A stretch of 64,000 bases of DNA, taken from positions 286,023-350,022 of the IMG/VR virus record IMGVR_UViG_3300033489_000001. The stretch is one strand, 5' to 3'. The stretch comes from a virus. Its lineage: Duplodnaviria; Heunggongvirae; Uroviricota; Caudoviricetes. Each line of letters starts with the position of its first letter. Within the stretch, counting starts at the first letter, position 1. The position numbers and the translations under genes are program-made. Below, piece by piece: positions 19,333 through 29,734 of this stretch. Below the pieces are notes generated by a model. That model saw only the letters and a list, made by a program, of their open reading frames with translations, did no database searches and was not told where the DNA came from.

Positions 19333-19707
19333 TTAAATAAATTCCACATCAACCGAAATGAGATCGTTGGCCCGATGTATATTATCAAGCCACCATTCAT
19401 TTTCAAAACGTTCTAATTTTTCTATTGCAACCTTGGCATTAAGGCGCGTTTGTGCAAGTATGTATAACTGGTTTTCAGCAATTGTGGCTTCGGGGTCACT
19501 AAATATTTCAAGTTTTATACCCATCAAATCTTTGCCGAATACCTCACAGATCTTAGGGTATATTTCTTCAAAGATAGGGACTATTATTGGATGCTCAAAG
19601 ATGAAGGTACAAACAGGTAAACCTGGGGATATATTTAAAACATGATCACAGAAGGCAAGACCAAATAAGTTTGAGTCTTCACCACATATTTCACACCATA
19701 AACTCAT
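19333..19707 (-). CDS. hypothetical protein
   Basis: Operonic ORF. Confidence 0.65.
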   Translation of the reverse strand: MSLWCEICGEDSNLFGLAFCDHVLNISPGLPVCTFIFEHPIIVPIFEEIYPKICEVFGKDLMGIKLEIFSDPEATIAENQLYILAQTRLNAKVAIEKLERFENEWWLDNIHRANDLISVDVEFI

Positions 19708-19713
19708 GATTAT

Positions 19714-21261
19714 TTACCCAATTACTTTGAGTTTTTTATCCTGCGCAATCGGATCTGCCGCAAATCTAGCTCGAATTCCATCATTCACTTCATGGCTGAA
19801 ACCTACCCACTCCAAAATTTCCTTCATTTCATCTACCATAGTGCGGACGATTCTAGGCTTTTTCTCCAACTCTTTAATGAGAATACCCTCATCAAGAGCC
19901 GGTTTATCTTGTTCAAAAGATTCGGTCATTGCCGCTTTCAAGCATTGCTCAATCTCACGCCCTACCATAGACTCAGATTTTTCAGCTAAGTTGTATAGAT
20001 TAAAATTGTCGGGACTTTGTCTGCATTTTTGAAGATGGATTTTAAGAATGTCAATTCGGTCCTGTAAAGAGGGCAGATCAAAAAAGAATCGTTCGTCAGC
20101 CCGGTTTATCATCTCTACAGGCAAGGTTTTGAGAGAGTTAGCGGTCATAACCATGCATACCGGAGCCGTGGTTTCCTGAAGCCAGGTAGATAGAATTCCA
20201 ATCATGCGACTAGTAGTTCCCGCATCCGTATGTGCTGAAGATTGTCCTCCAGAAAGGGATTTTTCCGCTTCATCGCAAAATAAAATTACGGGAGCCACAG
20301 ACTCAATAATCTTTAGAGCACGATAGATATTGTTTTCGGAGTCCCCAACTCCTGATTGTCTCATACGCCCTAGCTCAAATTGTACGACGGGAAGGTTCCA
20401 AACGCTTCCTAGTGCCTTTGTAGACAAAGATTTGCCCGTACCCCATGCACCTACGGCTAAGACCCCCTTAGGTGGCTCTAAACCGAATTCCCTCCCCTTA
20501 GGTGTCCAGGCCGCCGCTGTTCGATGCGCCCAAGCTTTGAAGCGGCCTACACCACCTACTTGGTCAAAGGTATAACGAGAAGTATCTATGTACTGAACAA
20601 GATCTGTCTTTCGGAGTTGTTTAAAACGATATTCCGTCAACAACTTTGGGTCAGCGTGCTGTGTTTTTTTAAAGCTTTGAATAAGGGATGACTGTATCTC
20701 AAAAGAAGTAAGACCCTTGAAGAGACCTTCAGGATTTTCAGGGACCTCCATTTTAAGTGGCACACAAGTCTTTTCGACTGCCTCTAAAATTTCCTCACTA
20801 GAAAGACCTATATCCTGTACCACCTCAGTATACCGAGCCAGTTTTTCCGGCACGTATCGTTGATTGCTTACACAGATCAGAATTTTTACTGATCCCACAT
20901 CGTTATGCACCTGATGTAGAATGTTCAAGATACGCCGCTGAACCTGGGCATCCCGCAACCATCGATCAGGATCAGTGATCACATAAAACTTGCGTTCTTT
21001 TGGGGCCGGTTCTTTATAGATGGAGATGAGCGCATCATGTATCGATAACGTTGTGCTATTTGTGGTGTGTGCTTTCGATGACCAATCTGTAATAAGCTCG
21101 GTCAAAGAGACTAACCCAAAAGCAGCGTTATACACTTTGACATGCGCTGCTTTTTCCCGCATGGCCGTTTTAAGACCAGTCAGAAAACAATCCTCTTCTT
21201 CAGTCACAAAATAGATAAGAGGGGTATACGACCTAAGAAGAAGTTTGAATTCTTGATTCAT
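19714..21261 (-). CDS. Ycf46-like AAA+ ATPase
   Basis: Degenerate N-terminal AAA; GAWGTGKS, VGDSE, DEAEK, TAN..LPVE..R.DERFFFDLP. Confidence 0.9.
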   Translation of the reverse strand: MNQEFKLLLRSYTPLIYFVTEEEDCFLTGLKTAMREKAAHVKVYNAAFGLVSLTELITDWSSKAHTTNSTTLSIHDALISIYKEPAPKERKFYVITDPDRWLRDAQVQRRILNILHQVHNDVGSVKILICVSNQRYVPEKLARYTEVVQDIGLSSEEILEAVEKTCVPLKMEVPENPEGLFKGLTSFEIQSSLIQSFKKTQHADPKLLTEYRFKQLRKTDLVQYIDTSRYTFDQVGGVGRFKAWAHRTAAAWTPKGREFGLEPPKGVLAVGAWGTGKSLSTKALGSVWNLPVVQFELGRMRQSGVGDSENNIYRALKIIESVAPVILFCDEAEKSLSGGQSSAHTDAGTTSRMIGILSTWLQETTAPVCMVMTANSLKTLPVEMINRADERFFFDLPSLQDRIDILKIHLQKCRQSPDNFNLYNLAEKSESMVGREIEQCLKAAMTESFEQDKPALDEGILIKELEKKPRIVRTMVDEMKEILEWVGFSHEVNDGIRARFAADPIAQDKKLKVIG

Positions 21262-21283
21262 GTTCGGATAGTTTGGGCGAAGC

Positions 21284-21613
21284 TTAAGCAGTATGCCACA
21301 TTAGAATGAGAGTGCCATCCTCATCTTTTTGACGGCCGTCTATCGTTGTACCAGTTTTTAAATACTCTGCCCGAACTAAAGCTTCGCTGTAATATTTCCG
21401 AAGTACCCCTAACTTAGATAAAGTATGCTCAGAATCACTATCACCTGTGATCGTTCCTTTAGTTAGATCAATGACGGCATTAGCGGCCGGGCCAGAAGTC
21501 ATTTTTATATCGTTATCACTAAGTATCTGGTAGGAAATTCCAGCCAAATCCATAGCTTGTACAGCTAAATCTTTATTAGTGATTTCAGTTTGCATCGTAA
21601 TACGTCTTGACAT
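21284..21613 (-). CDS. DUF1257 (Ycf35-like) protein
   Basis: MSRRITMQTEI...DSD...Y; canonical position upstream of a Ycf46 AAA. Confidence 0.65.
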   Translation of the reverse strand: MSRRITMQTEITNKDLAVQAMDLAGISYQILSDNDIKMTSGPAANAVIDLTKGTITGDSDSEHTLSKLGVLRKYYSEALVRAEYLKTGTTIDGRQKDEDGTLILMWHTA

Positions 21614-21630
21614 AATAGTACCTGCCTTTC

Positions 21631-21801
21631 CTAACTAATTTCTTCGTGGATAGTGTCACAATCCGGACCAGTGACTTCTTCTTCCCTTTGCTTCCCAATA
21701 CGTTCTGTTAACTTGTACACTTCTCTACAGTCTTGACCTTCTCGGTCTAAGACCTCAACTATGACTGTCCCATCTTCTTTAATAAGTGTTCGACCTCTCA
21801 T
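21631..21801 (-). CDS. DUF2997-like small protein
   Basis: IKEDGTVIVEV...G.DC...TERIG; start ATG 21801; DUF2997-DUF1257-AAA order. Confidence 0.65.
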   Translation of the reverse strand: MRGRTLIKEDGTVIVEVLDREGQDCREVYKLTERIGKQREEEVTGPDCDTIHEEIS

Positions 21802-21841
21802 TTTGATCACACCTTTCTTCTCTGTACCTACACCAATAAAA

Positions 21842-23297
21842 ACTTTGACCAAAAAACTAGATAATTCTTTTATAGCTACGCTTAAGCGTGAAGAAATCTC
21901 GTTTCCTATTTTTTCATCCGGAAACCAATAGAGGCAAGATCCAAGCTCTTGAATCCCTCCAAGTTGAGTACAAAAGATATCTACAAGCTTGCATTGATCA
22001 AATGATCTCTTCTAAGAGAATGAAGGTTCCAAACAAGGGTCTTCGATCCTTCTTTCCAAAAGAAAATATCCTCTCAACTAATATAGTTACTGCCTGTCAG
22101 CATCACGCAAATGAAGTTGTCTTAGGTTGGATCTCTTCCCTTTACACCAGAAAAATCAAGTTCGAAATCAAGAAGCTCTACAAGAAAGCTCAAATCACCG
22201 AAACAGTAAAAATAGCCCTTTTTACAATTGGGAAATATAGCATTGATCACCCCACTGAAACCATCTCCCAAGAGGCTATTGATCTCTATTGGACCCTTTT
22301 GTTAGATCCTACAATTTCGGGTAAAACTCCTACTGTCTCAAATCGAATAGGAATCCGAACCTCAGTTCATACAAGCGATATCAGAAAACTTGAAGGACAT
22401 AAATTAGCCTCTTGGTGGCTTGGATTTTCTAACCTAAAGAAGGGGAAAAAGATCCAAATTCCCCTTAAAGCTAATCCTCATTTAAGCTCACCAGATGATA
22501 TAGTTGATGGATGTTTGATTCGTAAAAATAGAAGAGGCCGATGGACTGTTGGAGTTTTAGAAAAGAAAGTAGTTGAGGCACCAAAACTCTTCCAAGGAAT
22601 GCCCAAAGTAGGGGTTGATGTTGGATTAAACGTTTTAGCGGCTACTTCAAATGGAAGGCTTTATGGGGAAAAGATAAAGCCTAAGTTTGATAAACTATAT
22701 AAAGCAGTCAAGGATCTTAGAGCTAATCGACAAAGGCAAGACCTGAAAGAAAACTCTCCTAAGCTAGATCACCTTGAAGACAAACTTTCAGGTTTGATCA
22801 AGACTAGCACAGGGGAAGCAGCAAATAGATTGGTCAGAGACTTTCCAAATCACGCTTTCGTTATAGAAGATCTAAACCTCTCAGGTTGTAGGGGACAGAA
22901 GAGATTTGCTTATAGAGCTTTACACAACTCTTTAAAACGAAAAGCCCCGACAATTGAAGTCAATCCTGCTTATACTTCTCAAACATGCCCCTCTTGTGGG
23001 TATATTTCCAGATCAAATAGGCGTGGGACTCAATTTATTTGTAAGAGTTGTGGAAGGATTTCACACGCGGATGTGGTAGGAGCTATTAATTTGCTCAGAC
23101 GTTCTGAGGATAAACAAATTAATGGTTATGATAATCCATCCGAGGTGAAAACTCTCCTAAGAGAGCGATTTCGTTTTAGACGAACCAGTTCCTTAAGAGA
23201 GTTAGAAGTAAACGAGCCTTATGGTTAGGCCAGAAGCTTACTACTAAAGGATCTCTCTAAGAGACGTTGGCACAGCTTCAAATGCTAAAAACAAAGC
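21842..23297 (+). mobile_element. tnpB-only element (IS200/IS605/IS607-derived), full-length copy
   Basis: tnpB plus 3' non-coding tail; ends defined by comparison with the deleted copy at 41246-41518. Confidence 0.7.
21888..23228 (+). CDS. tnpB: TnpB RNA-guided endonuclease
   Basis: RuvC D-E-D intact (GVDVG, IEDL, HADVVGAIN); YTSQTCPSCG...CKSCG zinc finger. Confidence 0.93.
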   Translation: MKKSRFLFFHPETNRGKIQALESLQVEYKRYLQACIDQMISSKRMKVPNKGLRSFFPKENILSTNIVTACQHHANEVVLGWISSLYTRKIKFEIKKLYKKAQITETVKIALFTIGKYSIDHPTETISQEAIDLYWTLLLDPTISGKTPTVSNRIGIRTSVHTSDIRKLEGHKLASWWLGFSNLKKGKKIQIPLKANPHLSSPDDIVDGCLIRKNRRGRWTVGVLEKKVVEAPKLFQGMPKVGVDVGLNVLAATSNGRLYGEKIKPKFDKLYKAVKDLRANRQRQDLKENSPKLDHLEDKLSGLIKTSTGEAANRLVRDFPNHAFVIEDLNLSGCRGQKRFAYRALHNSLKRKAPTIEVNPAYTSQTCPSCGYISRSNRRGTQFICKSCGRISHADVVGAINLLRRSEDKQINGYDNPSEVKTLLRERFRFRRTSSLRELEVNEPYG

Positions 23298-23310
23298 CAC
23301 CGAAAAAACA
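23100..23310 (+). ncRNA. putative omegaRNA overlapping the tnpB 3' end (boundaries approximate)
   Basis: Conserved in the 41.3-41.5 kb copy; GAAGCT...AGCTTC stem; expected location for an omegaRNA. Confidence 0.6.
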
Positions 23311-23385
23311 AAGATTGTTCAACGACCCCCTCAAAAGAGGTTATCGAACTTCACGTATCGTTTTTTAAGCCGAAAAGTTGGCTGA

Positions 23386-23952
23386 TTACCCGAGCCGAAC
23401 TTTTCCCCCTGGCTTTATTACGCGAACATTTTCCGTATCCGTTGATGGAGGAGGAGCACTCCAAGGATCAGCAGAAGTTACGGGTTTCTTCCCTTGTGCA
23501 ATCATTTGACCTTGCTGTACGGGAGTATTGGCAAAAGTTAAATCTTTCGACAAATGACCCTTTTGAGGAAGCTCCGGTTCCAATTGGAGTTGAGGCTCCG
23601 GTTTAGGGTCTGGAGTTAGGATAAGGGGTGGTGCGACGGCTGCGGAAGTAGCATCTTGGGGTGACAAATCTCTTGGATCTACCCATCCTGAATTAATTGA
23701 GAGTGGAGGATTGATAGGTATAAACCTTTGAGCTGAGATTTTTTCAAATCTAGGATCTTCGGGATTCATTCGAGGAACATTCGAATACAAACGCTCATAC
23801 CAGGTGCTCACACGGATATCAAATTTAGACTTACCAAAGGAGCTACGAGTGCATTCAGGATTAACGCAAAAGACGCAACACTCACCCGTAAAAGCATCTA
23901 CAGGTGCCCCTACTACATTGCATTCTCCGTAAAAGTCAGTCCTGCTGATCAT
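23386..23952 (-). CDS. hypothetical protein with Cys-rich N-terminus and Pro-rich C-terminus
   Basis: ATGA overlap with the polymerase; CCVFCVNPEC. Confidence 0.7.
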   Translation of the reverse strand: MISRTDFYGECNVVGAPVDAFTGECCVFCVNPECTRSSFGKSKFDIRVSTWYERLYSNVPRMNPEDPRFEKISAQRFIPINPPLSINSGWVDPRDLSPQDATSAAVAPPLILTPDPKPEPQLQLEPELPQKGHLSKDLTFANTPVQQGQMIAQGKKPVTSADPWSAPPPSTDTENVRVIKPGGKVRLG

Positions 23953-26900
23953 CGCATTTTTTCCGAGTTTGAAAGTAAGTTGTGCTCCCGAAGCTTCGCT
24001 ATCAAGTAATCTTCATTCACTCTAAGATTCAAAGATAACGGTACAACAGTATTCCCTACAATGTCAGTCAGATATAAAAATGATCCAGGGTTGGCTCTAC
24101 CCATGCTATCCCACACAAATTCAAAAACTTGACGGACGGTGTGTGCATTGAGTTGATTGATACCTAGTTTTAGGATTTTGTTTTCAGGGGCAAGCGTTGC
24201 TTCCGGTTGGCCTAGTTCTAGCTCCTTCATTTCAGAGTCTTCCGCTTGCACAGTGGTGGGCGATATTGAACCTCCAACTGAGATATCGTCAGTAAAGACC
24301 GGTTTGACTTCTTTCTCCAAAGGCTCAGCCTCTTTAGCCTTTTCTACAAGAGGACCTCCCGAGGGTGTATCCGTTCCTGCTATTGGATTTTTTCCCATGA
24401 GCCAAGGAGGATCTTTTACACGAAACACCTTACCGTATTTTTCTTCATCGCGATCTAAAGCCTCAATAATCTCACCCTCTTTATTAACACGAGGTTTCCT
24501 GGTTGTACCATAGACGAAATTATTAATAACAACTTCAGTGTCTTTTGGTTTGTAGTCTTTAGGCATCCTCTCCGCTTTGTAACCAGAAGCCCAATTGAAA
24601 CCAACTAAAGGCTCCACAACCAAAGGAACTCGCCAAGGAGGTTCTTTAGGCATATGCCAAGGGGCTTCCATAATGTCTGTGATAAGGGGGATAGATTCAG
24701 CAACACGCTCATAACGGATTTCAAATACAATCTCGTCATGTACTGTGAGCAGCATTCGAATTGAATCGTCCCCTCCGTTTTTAAGCCAGTTACGCTTGTG
24801 AAATTCTTTGTGTAGCAAGATCATAACGATCTTCATGATATCAGCACCACTTCCTTGAATTCGATAATTCACCGAATAGCGCTCACAAGCGGCTCTAATC
24901 TTTTCCTCCAGAGTATTAGCATCTGGAATAGAAAGCCATCTATCAAACGCGGTCTTTACGCCTAAATCTTTTTTGACTTTCGCATGTTGTATTTTAATCC
25001 ATTTAGCAAAGGTAGGAACAGCTTTGTCAAAAGCTTGCTTTCTACGGCGGGCTTCCATTTTATCACAACCAGTAGCTCGCATAATTGATTGAGGCCCTCC
25101 CCCATACAAGAGCGCGAAATTGGCAACTTTTCCTGCACTGCGTTCTTCTTTCGTAACCTCCTGCTTACCAAAGAAAGCCCTTGCCGTAATACTGTGCAAA
25201 TCTCCACTGCCATGTAAGAACTCATTGATCCAAACTTCTTCTCCCGATACGTTAGCCGCAATACGCAACTCTTCCCCGGCATAGTCAGCTTTGACTGTTA
25301 CGTATCCAGGACGAGCCTCGAAAGCTCTTCTAACCTCAGACCCATTGGGAATCCCATGTACAGGAACACCTGAATAACCATGTTCTGGATCTCCTTGTGG
25401 AGCAGAGAATCTTCCAGAAGCGGCTCCAGTTTGCTTGAAGCTGAAACGTAACTCACTGTTCTCATCAGGATTGTTAACGAGTCCCTCGAGATAAGTCCCA
25501 ATGAATTTTTCTGCTTCCCGATACTTCACTATATCTTTGAGTATAGAGGCAGCGTCAGGAAGTTTTGCTAAAGCCTCTAAAGTGTCCCCATCGGTCTTAT
25601 ACTGGCCACTAGCCTCATTCTTTTCGGGCTTAGGAGAAATGTCTAACCCCTTTGGACGAGGTCCGAATAGGAATTCTGAAAGTTGTTTAGGAGAATTAGG
25701 ATCAAGATTGTCCAAACCTTGTCCCTTGGCAAAACGCTGTATACGTTCTAATAATCTATCTCGCTCTTCATTTTGTTTGACTAGTATCTCACGAACTAAC
25801 TCTCGAGCGATTCTAACCCGGTTTCGTTCCACAACCCGCAGCACGCATGTAACTTGCTTTTCAATGCGATACGTAAATTCATGCTTTTCGTGACAGAGAC
25901 GAACCAAATTAGGCAGTTGACACAACAAATAAGTGCAAATAGCATCAGCGCCTACATAATGTAATACCCCAGGCTCATCAGGAGCTAAAGTAGCAAACCT
26001 AATTTTCTTTCTTTTGCCAACGAATAATTCCTTGAGTTCGATCATTTCATATGGATTGTTCTCAGGATCTCTTAGAAGCTCTTTGGCTTTGGGTTTCAAA
26101 CCGATCCGTTTATCTCCCGCAAAAATAGTAAAACACGCAAGCATTCCATCTTCAAACGATTCAGGATGCCACCAGTCAATTCCAGTTATCGGGAAAAGAA
26201 ACTCCTGATCAAATTGAGCATTCCAAAACCCAATGATGACCTTTGGCCTTTCACATTTATATGAAAGGGGATCTTTTCTAATTGCTTCAGGGGTTCCTTC
26301 TGGAATGGCCACATGACAAAGACGAGAGATGGCCGCTTCCACCTCTTGGATTGGCTCAACATTAAGGCTAGGACCTCCATCGGTGGGGTTATGTCGAACG
26401 GGTATATAATACCCTGCCACTCCATCATAAGAGATACAAAACCCCACTATTTTATCAACGGTTTCAGGCTTACCATTTACCCAATTTATACGGTTATCAA
26501 GTCCTGTGGTTTCTAGATCTAAGGAACAAAAACCAGCCTTGATACATTCGTCTACAATGCGATGGACTTCCTCAACCGTTCTAACTAAGAGAAATTCATG
26601 ATGCTTCATCCAAGGTTTTGTAATGTCAGGGACACTTCGCGGGCGATGGAGTGTAGATTCCTCTAAGAAAGTGAGAACATCATCCTCTTTCCCTTCTGCA
26701 CTCTCTGCCTCTAACATCCCCCGTTTTACTAATGCAGAAGATTTAGTAGCCTCCTTTTGTGACTTATCTGTTTTTGAAGAAGCACCTAAATCAATGGTAT
26801 TAAGAAAGTCCCCGATATCTTCTTCAAGAGCAGGAGTAAATCCAGCTTCTGCATCTTGGCTTTTATTCTTTTCAAGTAATACTACCTTACTTGATGCCTC

Positions 26901-27152
26901 ATCTTCTTTTACAGAATGGAGTTCATCAAACAAAGTAAGCCCACCTTCTTTAATGAGTGGGACAGCTGACTTATCATCAGATAGGTCTAAAGGAAGGTCA
27001 TCAACCTTTACTGGAACGGGTTCTTGATCAACTACAGAGGCGGGAGGTTGAGACTCTTCAACAGCCTTTGGAGGTGTAGAATCAGAGGCTTTAGTGATCT
27101 CCCCAACAGAGGTTAGGAGGTCATCAATGTCAGCTAGGTCATCGAAAATCAT
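23949..27152 (-). CDS. polA: DNA polymerase family A with 3'-5' exonuclease
   Basis: ExoI DLETTG, ExoII NAQFD, motif A ADYAGEELR, motif B R...K..NF..LYG, motif C VHDEI. Confidence 0.95.
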   Translation of the reverse strand: MIFDDLADIDDLLTSVGEITKASDSTPPKAVEESQPPASVVDQEPVPVKVDDLPLDLSDDKSAVPLIKEGGLTLFDELHSVKEDEASSKVVLLEKNKSQDAEAGFTPALEEDIGDFLNTIDLGASSKTDKSQKEATKSSALVKRGMLEAESAEGKEDDVLTFLEESTLHRPRSVPDITKPWMKHHEFLLVRTVEEVHRIVDECIKAGFCSLDLETTGLDNRINWVNGKPETVDKIVGFCISYDGVAGYYIPVRHNPTDGGPSLNVEPIQEVEAAISRLCHVAIPEGTPEAIRKDPLSYKCERPKVIIGFWNAQFDQEFLFPITGIDWWHPESFEDGMLACFTIFAGDKRIGLKPKAKELLRDPENNPYEMIELKELFVGKRKKIRFATLAPDEPGVLHYVGADAICTYLLCQLPNLVRLCHEKHEFTYRIEKQVTCVLRVVERNRVRIARELVREILVKQNEERDRLLERIQRFAKGQGLDNLDPNSPKQLSEFLFGPRPKGLDISPKPEKNEASGQYKTDGDTLEALAKLPDAASILKDIVKYREAEKFIGTYLEGLVNNPDENSELRFSFKQTGAASGRFSAPQGDPEHGYSGVPVHGIPNGSEVRRAFEARPGYVTVKADYAGEELRIAANVSGEEVWINEFLHGSGDLHSITARAFFGKQEVTKEERSAGKVANFALLYGGGPQSIMRATGCDKMEARRRKQAFDKAVPTFAKWIKIQHAKVKKDLGVKTAFDRWLSIPDANTLEEKIRAACERYSVNYRIQGSGADIMKIVMILLHKEFHKRNWLKNGGDDSIRMLLTVHDEIVFEIRYERVAESIPLITDIMEAPWHMPKEPPWRVPLVVEPLVGFNWASGYKAERMPKDYKPKDTEVVINNFVYGTTRKPRVNKEGEIIEALDRDEEKYGKVFRVKDPPWLMGKNPIAGTDTPSGGPLVEKAKEAEPLEKEVKPVFTDDISVGGSISPTTVQAEDSEMKELELGQPEATLAPENKILKLGINQLNAHTVRQVFEFVWDSMGRANPGSFLYLTDIVGNTVVPLSLNLRVNEDYLIAKLREHNLLSNSEKMR

Positions 27153-27218
27153 ATCTAGTGCCCTTTTGGTTCAAGTACAACCATTACATACACCTGTTCC
27201 TAACTTCTTGATCACTCA

Positions 27219-28610
27219 CTAGAAATTAGGCATTTCGCTCTCTGTTAATAATGGCCTTCCATTGTAACTAGAGTCTTGGTTGAGCAGTCCCAACCGTGAC
27301 CCAGTCCTTCTAACAAGAATCTCCTTCACCTCTTTGAAAGGGGTAAAGCGCTTGATCTCAGGATCGTACATTCTTGCTAAGATGTTCTGAGCCGCGTTTT
27401 GATCAGCATCTAATACCGCCCCGTCGAAACAGTAAAATTTATCCCCAGACCTAGTTCCTAACAAGCAACCATTTCTAGAGTCCATTTGCGAGGTATAAGC
27501 CGCATTAACCAAAACAACCGTAGAACCTCTACGGTGAGAAACTACATTAATGGCTTGAGCTAAAATACCTTTAACCCAAGAGGATAAGCGTCTTGACTGA
27601 TTCTTACTTCGGGGCTTTTTGTTCTTAATGGGTGAGGTCAGATCCTCTACCGCGATGGTGCTTGCTCTAGCAACAATTGAATGAGCCGCCTTGAAAACCA
27701 AATCACGAACATTAGAAGTATGCCTTCTCTTTTGAGAATCTAACTTTTTACGGCCCAGATTGTTAGTTAGGATGTTGTTTCGTTTCTTAGGGTTGTTACT
27801 CTCATTGTGCTTTTCTGCTAAAGCTCTAAGCTTGTTGCGTCTTTGATGCCTTACCTTTAAACGATCTGATTCAATGGATAGCATAACACCTAGATTTATT
27901 CCGTGTCTTTGCCCATCAGAATCAGTAAAAGCTTCAGTGTATCCTTTATCAATTCCTACTGTTTGATCCCCACAAGGTTTTACAGAGCAGCCATCTTTTT
28001 CATCTACAGGGTAATGTATCTCTACTTTGTTATCACGTAAAATTAGCCGTAAGGTTTTTGTTGGAGGTACTGAAGTATTTAATGGGATAGCAATTCGCTT
28101 CCCTTTATTTAGGCCAGTTACTTTGAGCCAAAGTTTATTGTTATGAAAAAAAGTAGTATAGCAATCTGTGTCAAGAATAATTTGATTGTTTACTGTTGTT
28201 ATCCCATGCTTGAAATGTTTTCTCATCAGTCTTCGCAAATAAGAATCTTCATTCCAAGCATTGGTTTTTAGTAAGGTAAATAATCGCTTTATCTCTACTT
28301 TATTTTTAGTACGTTTGTAGATTATTTTACGAACTTGAGTCTTTGCTGCTTCTCTATATGAAACAATATCTCCCCAAACATCAGCTAAAGTAGCCTTCCA
28401 TAATCGAGCCGAGACATTAAACTTCTTTTTTGCCTCTAACCAAGAATCTCTTACTTCACGATCATCTTCAAAGTACAATCCAGCTAAAGAACCAAAGCGC
28501 CTCCAAATATCAAATCTAAGAACACCAAGGCGGGTAGCAAGCTCAACTAATTGATCAAACTTGCCTTGGTTCAAGTTCTTACTAAAAGCTATTCGGGTTA
28601 CTTTAGACAT
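27219..28610 (-). CDS. tnpB: TnpB (IS607/IS605-associated type) without transposase
   Basis: KVTRIAFS start, GIDKG, VEDL, DADQNAAQNI, RLGLLNQDSS tail; right end ...GAAGTTAGGAACAGG near 27193. Confidence 0.92.
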   Translation of the reverse strand: MSKVTRIAFSKNLNQGKFDQLVELATRLGVLRFDIWRRFGSLAGLYFEDDREVRDSWLEAKKKFNVSARLWKATLADVWGDIVSYREAAKTQVRKIIYKRTKNKVEIKRLFTLLKTNAWNEDSYLRRLMRKHFKHGITTVNNQIILDTDCYTTFFHNNKLWLKVTGLNKGKRIAIPLNTSVPPTKTLRLILRDNKVEIHYPVDEKDGCSVKPCGDQTVGIDKGYTEAFTDSDGQRHGINLGVMLSIESDRLKVRHQRRNKLRALAEKHNESNNPKKRNNILTNNLGRKKLDSQKRRHTSNVRDLVFKAAHSIVARASTIAVEDLTSPIKNKKPRSKNQSRRLSSWVKGILAQAINVVSHRRGSTVVLVNAAYTSQMDSRNGCLLGTRSGDKFYCFDGAVLDADQNAAQNILARMYDPEIKRFTPFKEVKEILVRRTGSRLGLLNQDSSYNGRPLLTESEMPNF

Positions 28611-28646
28611 TACACTTGACTACTAACAACTTCTCGAATTAGTCTT

Positions 28647-29060
28647 TTATGGCCCGGCTATCGTCATCACATACACCTCTTCTCGCCATAACTTGATGAC
28701 CCCGGCAGCCAAGTTTCCAGGAATCAAACCAGCAGGCTCAAAGCACCACGGCATTTTTGTAAAAAGTACTCCACAGCGCTTTCGATCGAAAAAAGGGCAA
28801 CGCTCCCTTTCATGGACACACTTTTGGGAAGTCTTCGGAAGCTTATGCAACATTCCCTTAGGGGGCGGCCCCAATCCATCCACCAAGGGTCGTGTCCATC
28901 CGTGCAGGGCGTGATCCATCACCTCTTTGGTAACGGAAGGCAAATCCAGCACGCCCTGTAGAGGACGCCACTGAGGCTCCCAAGTGCCCCCTTCATTATA
29001 GATGAGATACAGTTCAATTTTCCCCATCTCAGGGCTCGGCAATGTCAAACGACGCGGCAC
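28647..29060 (-). CDS. hypothetical Cys-containing protein in the replication block
   Basis: Operonic ORF; C...CPFF...C...PWCFEP. Confidence 0.7.
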   Translation of the reverse strand: MPRRLTLPSPEMGKIELYLIYNEGGTWEPQWRPLQGVLDLPSVTKEVMDHALHGWTRPLVDGLGPPPKGMLHKLPKTSQKCVHERERCPFFDRKRCGVLFTKMPWCFEPAGLIPGNLAAGVIKLWREEVYVMTIAGP

Positions 29061-29096
29061 AAGTTATTCTTCGTCCAATTCCCCGTCTACCACATT

Positions 29097-29723
29097 TTAT
29101 GCTTTAGAAGCTCTGATCTTCTCCCCTATTTTAGCTAGCACTTGCTCTAAATGAGTCTTAATCGTTTCCAGAGGCAAAGTCTCGTTTTCTAAATCAGACT
29201 GAATACGATCCAAGATAGAGCCCAACTTTAAATGCGTCTCCATACTAAAGCTGTTCCGTTCCTCCCGTAAACGATTCTCGCAAGCTTCAAATAAAATTTC
29301 AACTTCTTCTTCAAGCGGATCATCCTCAGGTTCAAATGACGGTATGTGCGATTCAGGAGGTGTTATCCCAAAAGCTCTTTCAATATTGAAGAGCAACTCG
29401 GAAAACTTACTTTCTCCATTAAACCTTTTCCATAGATTAATTGCATCCCATTGCTCACGGCAAACAAAACACCAAACGGCCGAATAACCCCCCCTGCTTT
29501 TAGGATAATACCGAGCGCTAGGGCGTTTATCTGTGCCATGAAAAGGGCAAGAAATTTGCTCCTCTTGATCCCCATGTTTACGTAAAGAAACCCCATAATG
29601 ACTAAGAACATCAGCAGCCGAGACTTGATTACGGATATTCTCTACCCGGTCCTTCATCCACTGATGAATTGCTACGTTACGTTCTTGATCAGCATAAGCT
29701 TCCTGTTGATAGTTTCTAGGCAT
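29097..29723 (-). CDS. CHC2 zinc-finger (primase zinc-binding domain) protein without TOPRIM
   Basis: CPFHGTDKRPS...WCFVC...DAI. Confidence 0.85.
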   Translation of the reverse strand: MPRNYQQEAYADQERNVAIHQWMKDRVENIRNQVSAADVLSHYGVSLRKHGDQEEQISCPFHGTDKRPSARYYPKSRGGYSAVWCFVCREQWDAINLWKRFNGESKFSELLFNIERAFGITPPESHIPSFEPEDDPLEEEVEILFEACENRLREERNSFSMETHLKLGSILDRIQSDLENETLPLETIKTHLEQVLAKIGEKIRASKA

Positions 29724-29734
29724 AGTTTGAATAG

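Noticed and set aside
21888-28610. TnpB proteins as Cas12f effectors for the CRISPR-like repeats
   Set aside because: No array or anti-repeat is adjacent to either gene, and each has its own omegaRNA-like tail. Use in trans cannot be excluded but has no support
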